Origin: Myxococcales bacterium
GTDB taxonomy: Bacteria > Myxococcota_A > Polyangia > Haliangiales > Haliangiaceae
Assembly (NCBI GenBank): GCA_947483555.1
Contig: CANKMW010000015.1
Location: forward strand, 1-26,424
Direction: 5' to 3'
Length of the DNA: 26,424 bases
Positions within the stretch are counted from its first letter, which is position 1; the number at the start of each line of letters is the position of its first letter. Under the pieces are notes generated by a model that worked only from the letters and a program-made list of their open reading frames with translations, ran no database searches and was not told the DNA's origin. Below are positions 8,272 to 19,321 of the stretch, in pieces. The translations under genes and the position numbers were made by a program.

Positions 8272-8766
8272 ATGAACGCCATGGCGAGCCCGCTCGTGAT
8301 CACGATCCGGACCGACGCCGGGACGTCGCACGTCACCGTGGTCGGCACGGTCGACGAACAGGCCGACCTGTCGGCGCTGGAGGCGCTGCGGGGAGCGGTC
8401 GAGCTCGACCTCGGCGGCGTCCGCCGCTTCAACTCGGTCGGCGTCCGCTACTGGATGGACGTGCTCCGTGACGTCGCCACCCGCTGCCAGCTCACCTACG
8501 TCTCCTGTTCGCGGGCGGTCGTCGAGCAGCTCAACATGATCACCGGCTTCCTGGCCAGCGGCACCGTCCGCACCTTCAGCGCGCCGATGCGCTGCGAGCC
8601 CTGCGATCGCGACCAGGACCACGTCTTCGATCGCGCCGAGGTCATCGCGCTCGACGGCCTGCCGGCGGTGCGCTGCTCGTCGTGTGGGCTGGCCCTGGAG
8701 CTCGACGATCTCGAGGACAGCTACCTGCTGTTCCTGCGCGAGCCCACCAAGGTCGGATCGATCTGA
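8272..8766 (+). CDS. STAS-domain (anti-sigma-factor-antagonist-like) protein with a C-terminal Cys-x2-Cys...Cys-x2-Cys zinc-ribbon-like extension.
   Basis: The N-terminal ~100 aa (VITIRTDAGTSHVTVVGTVDEQADLSALEALRGAVELDLGGVRRFNSVGVRYWMDVLRDV...AVVEQLNMITGF) follow the STAS/SpoIIAA pattern. The C-terminus has CEPC...CSSC. Confidence 0.65.
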   Translation: MNAMASPLVITIRTDAGTSHVTVVGTVDEQADLSALEALRGAVELDLGGVRRFNSVGVRYWMDVLRDVATRCQLTYVSCSRAVVEQLNMITGFLASGTVRTFSAPMRCEPCDRDQDHVFDRAEVIALDGLPAVRCSSCGLALELDDLEDSYLLFLREPTKVGSI

Positions 8767-8830
8767 CGCGCCCGACCCTGATCGTGCCGGCGTCGACGTC
8801 GACCACGTCGCGCCCGTGGTACCAACCGGC

Positions 8831-9274
8831 ATGATCATCCCCCGGTCGCCGACTCGCCGTCTCCCGCTGCGGTTCAGCCTGATCATCGCCATCGCCGCCT
8901 GCGGTGGCGCCGCGTCGCCCGCGCCGGCGACGCCGTCCGCCAGCGGCGGCGACGGCACGGCCACCGATGACGCCGCGGCGCTGGCGTTCTTTCAGGCCCA
9001 GATCGAGCGCTGCAACCAGCTCGCGGTCGAGGTCGGCAACTCGGCGCCCGGCGAGAAGTTCTTCGACGGCGGCGACAACGATCCGACCGTCAAGGTCGAC
9101 ATCGTCGAGCGGCCCGGTGCGGGCAAGGTCGTGATCGCAGATCGCGACGGTGCCCGCCTGCTGATCGATGTCACGGCGAAGACGATCTCGGATCCGGCCG
9201 GGGCCGGCACCCCGGTCGCGGTCCGCTACCAGACCTGCCAGCCCGAGGTCTTCGTCGGGCCGGCGCAGGACTGA
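8831..9274 (+). CDS. Small lipoprotein of 147 aa, hypothetical.
   Basis: The in-frame ATG at 8831 gives MIIPRSPTRRLPLRFSLIIAIAACGGAASP, with a positively charged n-region, a hydrophobic core and lipobox I-A-A-C. The upstream part of the track ORF (8684-8830) has no signal logic. Confidence 0.62.
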   Translation: MIIPRSPTRRLPLRFSLIIAIAACGGAASPAPATPSASGGDGTATDDAAALAFFQAQIERCNQLAVEVGNSAPGEKFFDGGDNDPTVKVDIVERPGAGKVVIADRDGARLLIDVTAKTISDPAGAGTPVAVRYQTCQPEVFVGPAQD

Positions 9275-9310
9275 CCGGGTCCGGGACCTGCCGGCGCCGC
9301 CGGCGCCCCA

Positions 9311-10225
9311 TCAGCGCTCGGCGGCGAGCACGTCGGCGAAATAGACCTGGTAGTGGCGCGGCGTATGCGGGCGCACCCACGGCACGCGGCGGTGGTGGGC
9401 GACGACGCGCCAGCGATCGCGGGCCAGGAGCGCGAGCAGGCGGTCGTCGTCACCGGTGCCGAGCGACGGGTCCGGCGTGGCGAGAATCAGGCGGCCGCGC
9501 GGTCGCAGCGCGACGGCGGCCGCCTCGAGCAGGCGTTCGGGTGCGGCGAGCAGGTCGACCAGCTCGGCGGCGACGATGGCGTCGACGCTGCGGGGCCGCA
9601 GCGGCAGCGCCTCGGCGTCGAGCACGGCGGCGGCGACCCTCGGTCCGCGTCCGGCGGCGCGCAGCGCGGCGCGCAACGACAGGTCGCCGACCACGAGGCG
9701 CTCGACGCCGGGCACGCGGGCCAGGCGTCGCGCCAGCACGCCGGCGCCGGCGCCGACCTCGACGATGGTCCGCGGCCGCGCCGGCAGGGCGGCGATGATG
9801 GCGGCGTCGACGCTGGCGTCGCCGCCGGTCGCGTCGAGGAAGCGGCGGAAGGTGGCGGCGGCGGGGCCGGCGTCGGCCATCGCCGCGGCATCGCCGGCCG
9901 GCGGCGCAGCGTCGCCTACTTCGTGGGCCACCCAGTCGTCGCCGAACGCCAGCGGTTCGGTGCGCGCGCCGGCGCGGGCGAAGGCGTCGACGACGGCCAC
10001 CGCGACGCGGGGCGCGCGCCCGCGCTCGGCGAGGGCGGCGAGCGCGGCGTCGCGGTAGCCGGCGAGGTAGTCGGCCGGCGACGGCACCACGATCGGCACC
10101 CCGCCGAGCACCGGAAAGCGGGCGCCACAGCGCCGGCACGCCACCAGCAGGGCGCGACCGGGCATCACCGCCAGGCGGCCGGCGCACGAAGCGCACGCGA
10201 TCACGTCGAGGACCCAGGCGCGCAT
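9311..10225 (-). CDS. Fusion of a Trm112-like zinc ribbon to a class I SAM-dependent methyltransferase.
   Basis: Start MRAWVLDVIACASCAGRL...CRRCGARFPVLGGVPIVV is a Trm112/YcaR-type C-x2-C...C-x2-C motif with the GIP signature. Downstream, TIVEVGAGAGVLARRLA is SAM-binding motif I. The start lies 2 nt after the stop of the upstream rluA-like gene. An alternative start is at 10246. The rest of track ORF 9311-10981 is an overlap artefact. Confidence 0.78.
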   Translation of the reverse strand: MRAWVLDVIACASCAGRLAVMPGRALLVACRRCGARFPVLGGVPIVVPSPADYLAGYRDAALAALAERGRAPRVAVAVVDAFARAGARTEPLAFGDDWVAHEVGDAAPPAGDAAAMADAGPAAATFRRFLDATGGDASVDAAIIAALPARPRTIVEVGAGAGVLARRLARVPGVERLVVGDLSLRAALRAAGRGPRVAAAVLDAEALPLRPRSVDAIVAAELVDLLAAPERLLEAAAVALRPRGRLILATPDPSLGTGDDDRLLALLARDRWRVVAHHRRVPWVRPHTPRHYQVYFADVLAAER

Positions 10226-10227
10226 GG

Positions 10228-10974
10228 TCACGCCACTGTCGCCCATTTCGCGTCGAGCCACGCTCGCAGCGCGACCAGATCCTCCGCCAGCGGCGCCTCG
10301 ACCACCAGCCTCCGCCCGTCCGGACGCGTCACCTCGAGGCCAGCGGCGTGCAGCGCCAGGCGCGCGCCCGGCGCGCCGTCGAGCATGCCGCGCAGCGTGC
10401 GCTTGCCGTACAGCGGATCGAACAGGATCGGGGCCTCGAGGCTGCGCAGGTGGACGCGGATCTGATGATGACGGCCGGTCAACGGGCGGGCCTCGAGCAG
10501 CGTGACGGTGTCGAGATCGACGATCCCTGGACTCGGCCCCGGCGCGGTCTCGCCCGGCACCGGGGCGCGCGACCACCGCGCCAGCGCGGTCATCTCGGTG
10601 ACCGACGGCTTGCCGCGCTCGCCGGCCACCGCCGGTCGGGCCTTTCCGCGCCGCGCCTCGACCACCGCGACCTCGACGGTCCGCTCGCCGGGCAGGTCGC
10701 CGGCCGCGAAGGCCAGGTAGCGCTTGTGCACGCGGCGGGCCGCGAAGGCATCGTTCAGCCAGCGGTGGGCGGCGGCCGACCGGGCCATCACCACCACCCC
10801 GGAGGTGTCCTTGTCGATGCGGTGCACCACCCACAGCGGCTCGCCGCGCGCGGCCTCGAGCCGGTGGCGCAGGGAGGTCGCCGGGTCGCCGTCGCGCTCC
10901 GGAATGACGGCGAGGCCGGCGGGCTTGGCCACCGCGATCAGCTCGTCGTCTTCGAACAGCAGCGGCGCGTTCAT
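10228..10974 (-). CDS. RluA-family pseudouridine synthase. A GTG at 11013 is an alternative start.
   Basis: Contains the catalytic signature HRIDKDTSG and the LTGRHHQIRVHL motif typical of RluA/TruC-family enzymes. The N-terminus MNAPLLFEDDELIAVAKPAGL matches the family's start. GGATAAG lies upstream of the ATG. Confidence 0.85.
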   Translation of the reverse strand: MNAPLLFEDDELIAVAKPAGLAVIPERDGDPATSLRHRLEAARGEPLWVVHRIDKDTSGVVVMARSAAAHRWLNDAFAARRVHKRYLAFAAGDLPGERTVEVAVVEARRGKARPAVAGERGKPSVTEMTALARWSRAPVPGETAPGPSPGIVDLDTVTLLEARPLTGRHHQIRVHLRSLEAPILFDPLYGKRTLRGMLDGAPGARLALHAAGLEVTRPDGRRLVVEAPLAEDLVALRAWLDAKWATVA

Positions 10975-11148
10975 GTCGCACTTATCCCACCCCGGCGCGG
11001 CGCGCGGAAGCACTCGCGTTTTGCCCCGTGCCGCGTCGCGACCGGTGCGTCGCGGGTGTTAGGATGCGATCGCATTCGGCCGGGGCATGTGCCCGCGCTC
11101 GTACCTCGAAGGGGAGGTGCCGCGGCGGGCGCGGCCCCACGAGGGATC

Positions 11149-14100
11149 ATGGCCACCAGCGACTTCGAAACCGCCGCTGCCACCGTCAAGAGTGCGCCGC
11201 ACTCGACCGCCGCCTGGGACGCGATCGAGGAGCTCGCGCGCGAGCACGAGAAACCCGACCACGTGGTCGCCCTCTACCGCGACGTGTTGCAGAAGGGCCT
11301 CGACCCGCAAGTCGTCGAGATGGTCGGCGAACGCGCCGGCGCATTCTGCGACGAATGGTTCGGCGACGACCCCAAGGTCGCCGAGGGCCTGCTGTCCAAG
11401 GTGCTCGAGCTGGCGCCGCAGTCGGAGTCGGCGCTCGGTCGCATGTCGGTGCTCCTGACCCAGAACGAGCGCTGGAACGATCTGCTCCGCCTCTACGACC
11501 GCGCGCTGACCGGCGTCAAGGACCCCGGCCGCCGCATCAAGCTGCTGCGCGAGGCGTCGCAGCTGGCCAAGGACGTCGCCAATCAACCCGAGCAGGCGAT
11601 CGCCTACCTGCAACGCCTGCTGCCGCTGACTCCGGACGACGCTCAGCTCGGACAGTCGCTCGAGCGGCTCCTCGAGCGCTACGAGCGCTGGGTCGATCTG
11701 ATCGCGCTGTGGGAGAGCCGCCTGGAGCGGCAGAGCAAGGCCGAGCGCGAGAAGAGCCGGGCCCGCATCGCGGCGTGCTGGCTCGACAACTTGCAGGACT
11801 CGGCCAAGGCGCTGGCCTCGGTGCGTCCGCTGCTGGCCGAGTCGGACGACGACAAGGAGGCGTGCACGCTGCTCGAGCGCATCATCGAGGCCGGCCACAC
11901 GCCAGCCAAGGAGCGCGAGGCGGCGCTCGACATCCTGCGCGCCCACTACGACGCGACCGCCCGGCCGCGCGAGGTGATCCGGGTCCTCGAGCGCGTGATC
12001 GAGCGCGATCCGGCGGGCAGCCAGGCGCTGCGCGAGGAGGCCGGCGCCCGGCTGGCCGAGCTCGACGACGACAGCGCGGCGATGGACCACTATGCCGCCT
12101 TGCTCGCCCTGACCCCCGACTCGTCGGTGACCCAGGAGAAGTTGCGGCAGCTGGCGCAGCGCTCGAACGGGTATGCGCGCTACGCGGCCGGGGTGGCCAC
12201 CGCCGCCGAGCACGCCATCATGCCGGCGCGCAAGGTCGAGCTGCTGTCCGAAGCCGCCCGCACCCGCCTCGATCTGCTCGACGATCCGGCGGGCGCCATC
12301 GAGCTGTACCAGCGCGCGCTCGAGCTGCCCGGTGCGGGCGAGAAGGAGCAACTGCACGTCTGCCGGCGGCTGTCGGAGCTGTACTCGCGGGTCGATCGAC
12401 CCCGCGAACGCTTCTCGATCCTCGAGCGGCTGGCGGCCCTCGAGCCGTCGGCGTCCACGCGCCGCGGCGTGATCGGCGAGGCCGCCCGCCTGGCCGAGAG
12501 CCTCGGCGAGACCGACAAGGCGCTCGGCCTGTGGCGGCAGCGCATCGATCGCGATCCCGACGACCTCGGCGCCCTCGACTCCGCCATCCTCCTGCTCGAG
12601 ACCTCGGCCCGCTGGACCGAGCTGGTGACGGCGCTCGACCAGCGCGCCGGCAAGAACGTGTCGGCGGCCCAGAAGCGCGCCGACCTCACGCGCATCGCGG
12701 TCGTGTTCCGCGATCCCGTCCGCGACGTGGAGCGCGCCATCGCCGCCTGGCAGCGGGTGCAGACCGAGTTCGGCGACGACGCCGAGACCGTCGGCGCGCT
12801 CACCGACCTGCTGGCCGAGGTGTCGCGCTGGCGCGAGCTCGCCGATCTGCTCGAGCGCACCAGCGGTCGCGATGTCGCCCGCACCACGCATCGCCTCAAC
12901 CGCCTGGGCGAAGCGCTGGCCACCCATCTCGGTGAGCCGGCCCGCGCCCTGGCCGCCTTTCGCGCCGCGCTGGCGATCGATCCGGTCAACGATCAGGCTC
13001 GGGCCGGACTGCTGACGCTGCTCGAGGTCGCCGCGTTTCGTAAGCCCGCCGCCGACGCGCTGGCGACCAGCTATCGCGAGAACCAGGACTGGGCCGGGTT
13101 CCTCAAGCTGTTGCCGGCTCGGCTCGCCGATGCCCCCGACGATCGGACGCGGCTCGCCCTCATGCGCGAGGCGGCCTACATCCAGAGCAACAACACCAAC
13201 GATCCGGCCGGCGCGCTGAACAGCCTGGCGATGGCGTTTCCGCTCGCGCCCCGCGATGGCGTGATGGAGGGCCAGATCCTCGACCTGGCCGCTCGCACCG
13301 GCAACCCCGGCGCGGCGGCGGCGTCGAGCGCCCTCGAGGCGGCGATCCGTGCGCTCGCCGACGATCCCGACGAGGCCGCGCGCATGCGCCTGGTGCGCGC
13401 CGCCTTGCTCGAGGACAGCCTGGGCGACGAAGCCGCCGCGCTCGACGAGTACGTGACCGTGTTCCGGCACGACCGCGGCAACCAGCTCGCGGCCACCGCG
13501 GTGGTCCGGCTGGCGCCCCGGCGCGGCAAGTGGGCCGACGCCGCCGCCGCGTTGCTCGGCTACGCGGCCGCCAAGGAGCGCCTCGACGAGGGGCTGTACG
13601 CCAGCTACGAGCAGGCCGGGGCCGCGGATGCCGGCGCGATCGACGCGTCGGCCGCGGCGCTCGAGCAGGTCGCGGACGCCAGCGGCCTGCCGCCGGCGGT
13701 GGCGGCGCTGGTGTGGTCGCGGATCGCGATGTGGCACCGCGGCCGGCGTGATGATGGGCGCGCCGCGGTCGCCGCGTTCCGCCGCTCGCTCGCCGCCGGC
13801 GGCGATCGAGCCGACACGTTGCGCGCGGTGGCCGAGCTGGTGCGTCCGGACGGGCCGAGCGCGGCCTTGCTCGACGTGCTGCGCCGGCTGTCCGATGCCG
13901 ATCCCCGCGATCTCGACGTGCTGGTCGAGGCCGCCGACACCGCCAGCCGGCTCGGAGACCGCGAGGCCTCGGTCACCATCCTCGGCCAGGTGCTGGGCCG
14001 GGCCACCGGCGCGTGGCGCGGCTCGGCGGCCGTGCAGTCGTCACGTCCCGCCGAGGCGGTGGTGCGCTGGGCCATCGACGGCCTGGTCGAGCTGCATCGG

Positions 14101-17100
14101 GTCGCCGGCCGGCCGCGGGTCGCGCTCGATCTGCTCACCGAGTCGGCGCGCCTGCCGTTCGACGTCGCCACCCGCCGTGATCTGCGGCTGCGCGCGGCGG
14201 CGATGGCGTCCGGAGACCTGCGCGACAACGGCGCGGCGATCGACATGTATCGCGGCGTGCTCGCCGAGAGCCCCGGCGATCTCGAGATCATCGGTCGGCT
14301 GGGCGCGCTGCTCGACGTCGAGCGTCGCCACGCCGAGCTGCTCGGCCTGCGCCACGTCCAGCTCGGGCTCGAGGTCGAGCCGGCCAGCCGCCTCGACCTG
14401 CGTCTCGACATCGCGCGGCTGGTCGGGGTCGTCGAGGAGACCGGCGGTCGCTACGAGGCCCTGATCGCCAACCTCGCCGATCAACCCGGTCACGACGCAT
14501 CGATCGATGCCGCCCACAGCTTCCTGGCCGGCAAGGGCCAGCACAAGGCGCTCGCCGACCTGCTCGAGGAGCAGTCCGGCAAGCTCGAGGCCGGCGGCGA
14601 TGTCGCCAAGGCCGCGCGCCTGTGGGCCCGCTTCGCCGTGGTCGCCGAGCGCGACTCGCGCGAGATCGATCGCGCGATCGCCGGCCATCGCCGGGTCGTC
14701 ACCCTGGCGCCGACCCAGGAGTCGTTCCGGGCCCTGGCCCGGTTGCAGCTCGATCGCGGTCAGCCGGCGGCGGCGGTGCCGTGGTTCGAGAGCCTGCTGG
14801 CCACGGTGACGGGCGCCGAGCGGCAGACGATCGTCGATCAGCTCGCCCGCGCCCACATCGCGGCCAAGCAGGACGATCGGGCCATCGCCGCGATCGAGAG
14901 CGCGCTCGACGACCGCGAGCCGGCGCTCGAGCTGCGGCTCTTGCTCGCCGAGCTGTACCGCAAGGCCGAGCAGTGGGAGCCGCTGGCTCGCCACCTCACC
15001 CGCTCGCTGTCGTGGTTCGGCGACGACAAGGGGCCCGAGCTGGCCCGCGAGGCCGCCGCGATCTACACCGACAAGCTCGGTGCGCCGGCCAAGGCCATCC
15101 CGGCGCTCGAGAAGGCGCTGGCGCTGGATCCGACCGACAAGGACATGCGAGCCCAACTCGCCGTCGGGCTGCGCGCCGCCGGCCGGCTGGTCGAAGCCCG
15201 CGCCATCCTCGCCGAGCTGATCGAGGGCTTCGGTCGCCGCCGCTCGCCGGAGCGGGCCCAGCTCCACGTCGAGCTGGCCAAGGTCGCCCATGCCGAAGGC
15301 AAGGTCGACGAGGCGCTGACCGAGATGGAGGCGGCGTCCAAGATGGACGTCAACAACGCGCGCGTCCAGCGCGAGCTCGCCGAGCTGTGTCGCGCCGCCG
15401 GACAGGTCGACAAGGCGGAGCGCACCTACCGGGCCCTGCTCCTCATCGTCCGCCGCCAGCCGCCCGGCGACGACGAGGCCGCCGTCGGTCAGAGCGAGGT
15501 GCTGTTCGAGCTGTCGCGGCTGGCCGGCTCGCATGGCGACGCCACCCAGGCCAAGGAGCTGCTCGAGAGCGCGGTCGATGCCGCGGTGCAGTCCGACGTC
15601 GAGGTCCGGCGCCTGCGCCGCAGCCTGATCGCCCACAACGAGGCCGAGACGCTCATGCGCGTGCTCGAGCTGCGCCTCGCGGCCACCAGCGAGGCCGCCA
15701 GCCAGGCCCGGCTGTACGCCGACATGGCCGACGTGCTCGATGGCTCGCTCGCGCGCTCGGCCGATGCGCTCGATGCGATCATCAAGGCCATCAACCACGC
15801 CCCGTGGCGGCTCGACCTGCACGACAAGGCCTGGCTCCTGGCCCGCAAGTCGGGCGAGACCAAGAAGCTGGTCGAGGCGGTCGAGACCGTGGTCGATCGG
15901 CTGCGTCGCAAGGACGATCCACCGCTGGTGGCGTCGCTGTTGCTGCGCGCCGGTGAGGCGCTCGAGAACGATGCCAACGACCTGCCGGCGGCCGCGGCGC
16001 TGTACCGGCGCGTCGAGATGCTCGGCGAACGCCTGGCCGAGGCGTACTACGCCCAGGCCCGAGTCGCCGGCGCGCTCGGCGACGACGAGCAGCAGGCCCG
16101 CGCGCTCGACAACATGCTCAAGCTCGCCAGCAGCGACGGCGGCGACGCCTCGCCGGCGCAGACCGACGCGCTGTACCGGCTGGCGGAGATCTTCATCGCC
16201 ACCCCGGCGCGTCGCGCCCAGGGCATCGATCTGATCGAGCGCGCCTTCGCGGCCGAGCCGCGCTGGGCCCAGGCCGGGCGCGTGCTGCGCGGCGCATCGT
16301 CGACCGATGCCAGCGACGCCCGCGTGATGACGCTCTACGAGCGGGTGGCGCGCAACGGTGGCGACAGCGAGCTGTTGCTCGACTTTCTCGACAAGCGGGC
16401 GCGGCTCGCCGACGCGACCCCGGCCCAGGTCCGCGAGGCGGTCGATCTGGCCGTCGAGATGGCCCACCACGAGCGCGCCGAAGCGCTGCTGGAGCGCGCC
16501 GTCGTGGCGGCTCGCGACTCCGCCGATGGCGTCGGGGGCGCGGTGTGGGCGGTCCTCGCGCTCACCGATCGTCGCCTCGCCGGCGGCGATCTCGCCGCCG
16601 CCCGCGAGCTGGTCTACGAGATCATCGGCGTCGCCGAGCCGGCCGAGATGGATCCGCTGATCGGGCGGGTGGCCGCCCGCGCGGCGCAGGAGCGCGCTGG
16701 CCACGGTCTGGCCGCCGAGATGTACGAGCTGCTCCGCGAGCGCGCACCGGCGGATCGCGCGGTGTGGGAGCCGCTGGTCGCCCTCTACCGCGACATGGGT
16801 GATGGTGACCGGCTGGCGAGCGTGATCTCGTCGACGCTCCCCAACCTCACCGATCCCGGCGAGCGCAACGCCCTGCGCCGTGCCCACGCCGAGTACTTGA
16901 TCGAGTCACTGAAGCGGCCGCACGACGCCGCCGACGTGCTGCGCGACGCGCTGCGCGACGATCCCGACGATCTCGGCGCCGCCGTGCTGCTGGAGAAGAC
17001 GTTGCGCGCGCTCGGTGACGACGACGGGCTGACCGAGTTCTTGTGGGCCCGCTTCGACGACGCCGTCGCTCGCAACAGCCGCGAATCGACGCTCGACGTG

Positions 17101-18915
17101 GCGTCTCGCCTCGGGCCGCTGGTCGAGTCGACGGGCGGCAACGCGGCCAAGGTCTACCGCACGGCGCTCGGCGTCGCTCCCGACGATCGCGAGCTGCTGC
17201 GTCGCGTCGTGGTGTCGCTCACCGCCGACGACGATCCGCGCGAGTCGGCGGCGTTGATGGAGCGGCTGCTGGCGGTCGAGACCCCGGAGCAGGCGCCGGC
17301 GCTGTGCTGGCGTCTGGCCAGCGCCTACGAGGCCGCCGAGGACTGGCCCGGCGTCCAACGCACCCTGGCCGCCGCGCACAAGGCGGCGCCCGACGACGCC
17401 GCGATCCACGACCGCCTCGAGCAGTTCTACCGTGACACCCAGCAATGGGTCGAGCTGGCCCAGTTGATGATCAGCGACGCCGCCCGCACCACCGACGTCG
17501 CGGTCGCGGTCGATCGCCTGCGCGAGGCCGCGGCGGTGTACTCGGGGGTGCTCGGCCAGCCGCTGGCCGCCGCCGAGGCGCTGCGGGCCGCCCGCGCTCG
17601 CCAGCCCGAGACGCCGGCGCTGTCGGCCGAGCTGGCGGCCGCGCTGGCCGCCGGTGGCGATCAACGCGGCGCGGTGACCTCGCTGAGCGACGCGCTGGAG
17701 GGGCCCGATGGTCCCGACAGCGCGCCGGTCAAGGGCACCGCGCGCGTCGACCTCTTGCTGCTGCGGGCCAGCCTGCGCCAGCAACTCGGCGACGAGGACG
17801 CGGCGGTCATCGATCTCGACGACGCCTACCAGCTCGATCGCGGCCGGGCCGCCGCCGCGCTGGGCGACGGCCTCGAGCGCATGCGGGGGCGGGCCGAAGC
17901 GGCCGGCGACATGAGCAGCGAACGCACCGCGACCCTGCGGCTGGCCCAGCTGCTCACCGAGCACGGCGAGGTCGAGCGCGCACGGGATCTGCTGGTCGGG
18001 TGGATCGAGCGCATGCCCAGCGACCCCGATCCGCTCTATCTGCTGCGCGACATGGACGCCGGCATCGAGCACTGGGACGGCGTCATCGCCGCGTGCACCC
18101 GCCTGGCCTACATCGTCGAGGGCGAGCCGCAGGTGCAGGCGGCGCTCGACGTCACCGATGCGTCGGCGCGCGCCGGCAAGCCGGCCGATGCGATCGCGGT
18201 GCTCGAGATGGTCCACCTGGCCCAGCCCGGCGCCGACGCGATCCGCCTCAAGCTGCGCGAGCAGTACGAGGCGGCCGGCGCCCACCGCGAGCTGGCGGTC
18301 ATCCTGATGGCCGACGCCGACCACGGCACCGACACCCAGGCACGGTTCGCGGCCTACAAGCGGGCCGCCGAGCTGTTCCTGGCCGCCGGCGATGCGTCGG
18401 CGGCGGCGGTCCCGGCCGGCAAGGCCGCCGAGCTGGCGCCCGACGATCACGTCACCGCCATGCTGCTGGTCGACGTGTTGATCGGCTCCGGCCGCACCGA
18501 GGAGGCGGCGACCGCGCTCGAGACCGCGATCGCGGCCCAGAAGAAGCGCACGCCCGAGCTGGCCATGATGCAGCAGCGGATGGGGCGGGTCGCCGGCATG
18601 CTCGGCGACCGTGACGGCCAGCTCGGCTGGCTCAAGAAGGCGTTCGACGTCGATCGCAAGAGCGGCGAGATCGCCGCCGAGCTGGCTCAGCTCGCGACCG
18701 AGATCGGCGACTACGAGCTGGCCCTCAAGCCGTTGCGTGCGATCACGCTGATGGACAATCCGTTGCCGATCACCCGCCCGATGGCGCTGCTCTGGGAAGC
18801 GAAGATCGAGCACGCGCGTGGCAACCGCGCCAAGGCCGAGCTGTGGGCCAAGAAGGCGCTGCGCGAGGATCCGCACTTCTCCGAGGCCCAGCAGTTCCTC
18901 GACGAGCTGCCCTGA
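11149..18915 (+). CDS. Giant cytoplasmic TPR/alpha-solenoid repeat protein of 2588 aa, hypothetical.
   Basis: ATG at 11149 is preceded by GAGGGA. No signal peptide. The whole length is helical-repeat-like (Leu/Ala/Glu/Arg/Asp-rich with recurring A-x-x-x-Y/L...P-D/N hairpin motifs, e.g. [56 protein letters not shown]). The track ORF start at 10348 overlaps the convergent rluA gene and is not real. Three long antisense ORFs inside this gene are Arg/Gly-rich artefacts. Confidence 0.85.
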   Translation: MATSDFETAAATVKSAPHSTAAWDAIEELAREHEKPDHVVALYRDVLQKGLDPQVVEMVGERAGAFCDEWFGDDPKVAEGLLSKVLELAPQSESALGRMSVLLTQNERWNDLLRLYDRALTGVKDPGRRIKLLREASQLAKDVANQPEQAIAYLQRLLPLTPDDAQLGQSLERLLERYERWVDLIALWESRLERQSKAEREKSRARIAACWLDNLQDSAKALASVRPLLAESDDDKEACTLLERIIEAGHTPAKEREAALDILRAHYDATARPREVIRVLERVIERDPAGSQALREEAGARLAELDDDSAAMDHYAALLALTPDSSVTQEKLRQLAQRSNGYARYAAGVATAAEHAIMPARKVELLSEAARTRLDLLDDPAGAIELYQRALELPGAGEKEQLHVCRRLSELYSRVDRPRERFSILERLAALEPSASTRRGVIGEAARLAESLGETDKALGLWRQRIDRDPDDLGALDSAILLLETSARWTELVTALDQRAGKNVSAAQKRADLTRIAVVFRDPVRDVERAIAAWQRVQTEFGDDAETVGALTDLLAEVSRWRELADLLERTSGRDVARTTHRLNRLGEALATHLGEPARALAAFRAALAIDPVNDQARAGLLTLLEVAAFRKPAADALATSYRENQDWAGFLKLLPARLADAPDDRTRLALMREAAYIQSNNTNDPAGALNSLAMAFPLAPRDGVMEGQILDLAARTGNPGAAAASSALEAAIRALADDPDEAARMRLVRAALLEDSLGDEAAALDEYVTVFRHDRGNQLAATAVVRLAPRRGKWADAAAALLGYAAAKERLDEGLYASYEQAGAADAGAIDASAAALEQVADASGLPPAVAALVWSRIAMWHRGRRDDGRAAVAAFRRSLAAGGDRADTLRAVAELVRPDGPSAALLDVLRRLSDADPRDLDVLVEAADTASRLGDREASVTILGQVLGRATGAWRGSAAVQSSRPAEAVVRWAIDGLVELHRVAGRPRVALDLLTESARLPFDVATRRDLRLRAAAMASGDLRDNGAAIDMYRGVLAESPGDLEIIGRLGALLDVERRHAELLGLRHVQLGLEVEPASRLDLRLDIARLVGVVEETGGRYEALIANLADQPGHDASIDAAHSFLAGKGQHKALADLLEEQSGKLEAGGDVAKAARLWARFAVVAERDSREIDRAIAGHRRVVTLAPTQESFRALARLQLDRGQPAAAVPWFESLLATVTGAERQTIVDQLARAHIAAKQDDRAIAAIESALDDREPALELRLLLAELYRKAEQWEPLARHLTRSLSWFGDDKGPELAREAAAIYTDKLGAPAKAIPALEKALALDPTDKDMRAQLAVGLRAAGRLVEARAILAELIEGFGRRRSPERAQLHVELAKVAHAEGKVDEALTEMEAASKMDVNNARVQRELAELCRAAGQVDKAERTYRALLLIVRRQPPGDDEAAVGQSEVLFELSRLAGSHGDATQAKELLESAVDAAVQSDVEVRRLRRSLIAHNEAETLMRVLELRLAATSEAASQARLYADMADVLDGSLARSADALDAIIKAINHAPWRLDLHDKAWLLARKSGETKKLVEAVETVVDRLRRKDDPPLVASLLLRAGEALENDANDLPAAAALYRRVEMLGERLAEAYYAQARVAGALGDDEQQARALDNMLKLASSDGGDASPAQTDALYRLAEIFIATPARRAQGIDLIERAFAAEPRWAQAGRVLRGASSTDASDARVMTLYERVARNGGDSELLLDFLDKRARLADATPAQVREAVDLAVEMAHHERAEALLERAVVAARDSADGVGGAVWAVLALTDRRLAGGDLAAARELVYEIIGVAEPAEMDPLIGRVAARAAQERAGHGLAAEMYELLRERAPADRAVWEPLVALYRDMGDGDRLASVISSTLPNLTDPGERNALRRAHAEYLIESLKRPHDAADVLRDALRDDPDDLGAAVLLEKTLRALGDDDGLTEFLWARFDDAVARNSRESTLDVASRLGPLVESTGGNAAKVYRTALGVAPDDRELLRRVVVSLTADDDPRESAALMERLLAVETPEQAPALCWRLASAYEAAEDWPGVQRTLAAAHKAAPDDAAIHDRLEQFYRDTQQWVELAQLMISDAARTTDVAVAVDRLREAAAVYSGVLGQPLAAAEALRAARARQPETPALSAELAAALAAGGDQRGAVTSLSDALEGPDGPDSAPVKGTARVDLLLLRASLRQQLGDEDAAVIDLDDAYQLDRGRAAAALGDGLERMRGRAEAAGDMSSERTATLRLAQLLTEHGEVERARDLLVGWIERMPSDPDPLYLLRDMDAGIEHWDGVIAACTRLAYIVEGEPQVQAALDVTDASARAGKPADAIAVLEMVHLAQPGADAIRLKLREQYEAAGAHRELAVILMADADHGTDTQARFAAYKRAAELFLAAGDASAAAVPAGKAAELAPDDHVTAMLLVDVLIGSGRTEEAATALETAIAAQKKRTPELAMMQQRMGRVAGMLGDRDGQLGWLKKAFDVDRKSGEIAAELAQLATEIGDYELALKPLRAITLMDNPLPITRPMALLWEAKIEHARGNRAKAELWAKKALREDPHFSEAQQFLDELP

Positions 18916-18955
18916 TCGCGACGCCCTCGACGGCCCCACGGCGGGGTCCGCGCGG

Positions 18956-19321
18956 TCAGCGCGGCCGCAAGGTCCGCGCGATCAGCTCGCGGCGGCCGGT
19001 GACGCCGAGCTTGCGGTACACGCTCGCGAGCTGGTTGGCGACCGTGCGGCGCGAGGTGGCGCGCCGACGCGCGACCTCGGCGTTGCTGGCGCCGCCGAGC
19101 ACCATGGCGGTGACCTCGCGCTCGGCAGGGGTCAGGGCGTCGAGCTCGGCGTGCTCGACAAGGGCGATCGCGAACCCGACCACCACCAGGTCCGCGATCG
19201 TGCCGGCCCGGAGCTGGTCCGGAACCGCCAGCCCGCGCCGGGTGCGGCTCACGAGGTCCCGCGCGCTGACCTCGGACTGGCTCGGTGCCAGGCAGGGACA
19301 CTCGCCGACTGTCGAGATCAC
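18956..19321 (-). CDS. Small LuxR/GerE-family helix-turn-helix transcriptional regulator of 121 aa with no receiver or ligand domain.
   Basis: The C-terminal 60 aa [52 protein letters not shown] is a canonical LuxR-type HTH. The GTG start at 19321 overlaps the HNH gene stop by 4 nt (GTGA). Confidence 0.68.
   Translation of the reverse strand: MISTVGECPCLAPSQSEVSARDLVSRTRRGLAVPDQLRAGTIADLVVVGFAIALVEHAELDALTPAEREVTAMVLGGASNAEVARRRATSRRTVANQLASVYRKLGVTGRRELIARTLRPR

Noticed and set aside
9275-9310. GC-rich 36-bp spacer between the convergent lipoprotein and methyltransferase genes, with GGCGCC direct and palindromic elements. Considered as a bidirectional terminator.
   Set aside because: No convincing stem-loop with a U/A tract on either strand. 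Repeated GGCGCC is expected by chance at this GC content.
9353-10465. Plus-strand ORF 9353-10465, and minus-strand ORFs 9450-10196 and 9487-9891, overlapping the methyltransferase gene.
   Set aside because: Arg/Ala/Gly-rich or poly-Arg translations. The minus-strand frame ending at 9311 has a Trm112-type zinc ribbon plus SAM motif I.
10348-11148. Upstream extension of the giant TPR ORF, with track start at 10348.
   Set aside because: It overlaps the convergent rluA-like gene on the other strand. The composition changes abruptly to TPR-like only after the ATG at 11149, which has a purine-rich SD.
11059-18939. Three long minus-strand ORFs (11059-13737, 14041-16887, 16906-18939) inside the giant TPR gene, and plus-strand ORFs 11028-12935 and 14622-15956.
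   Set aside because: All are Arg/Gly/Ala/Pro-rich with no start context or motifs. They tile the antisense and off-frames of a single continuous sense ORF with consistent helical-repeat composition.
18880-18960. Apparent one-nucleotide frame inconsistency when hand-translating across the giant TPR stop and the LuxR stop.
   Set aside because: The supplied ORF track, computed on the true sequence, gives clean in-frame stops at 18915 and 18956. The discrepancy is most likely my own position-counting error. It is not reported as a frameshift.
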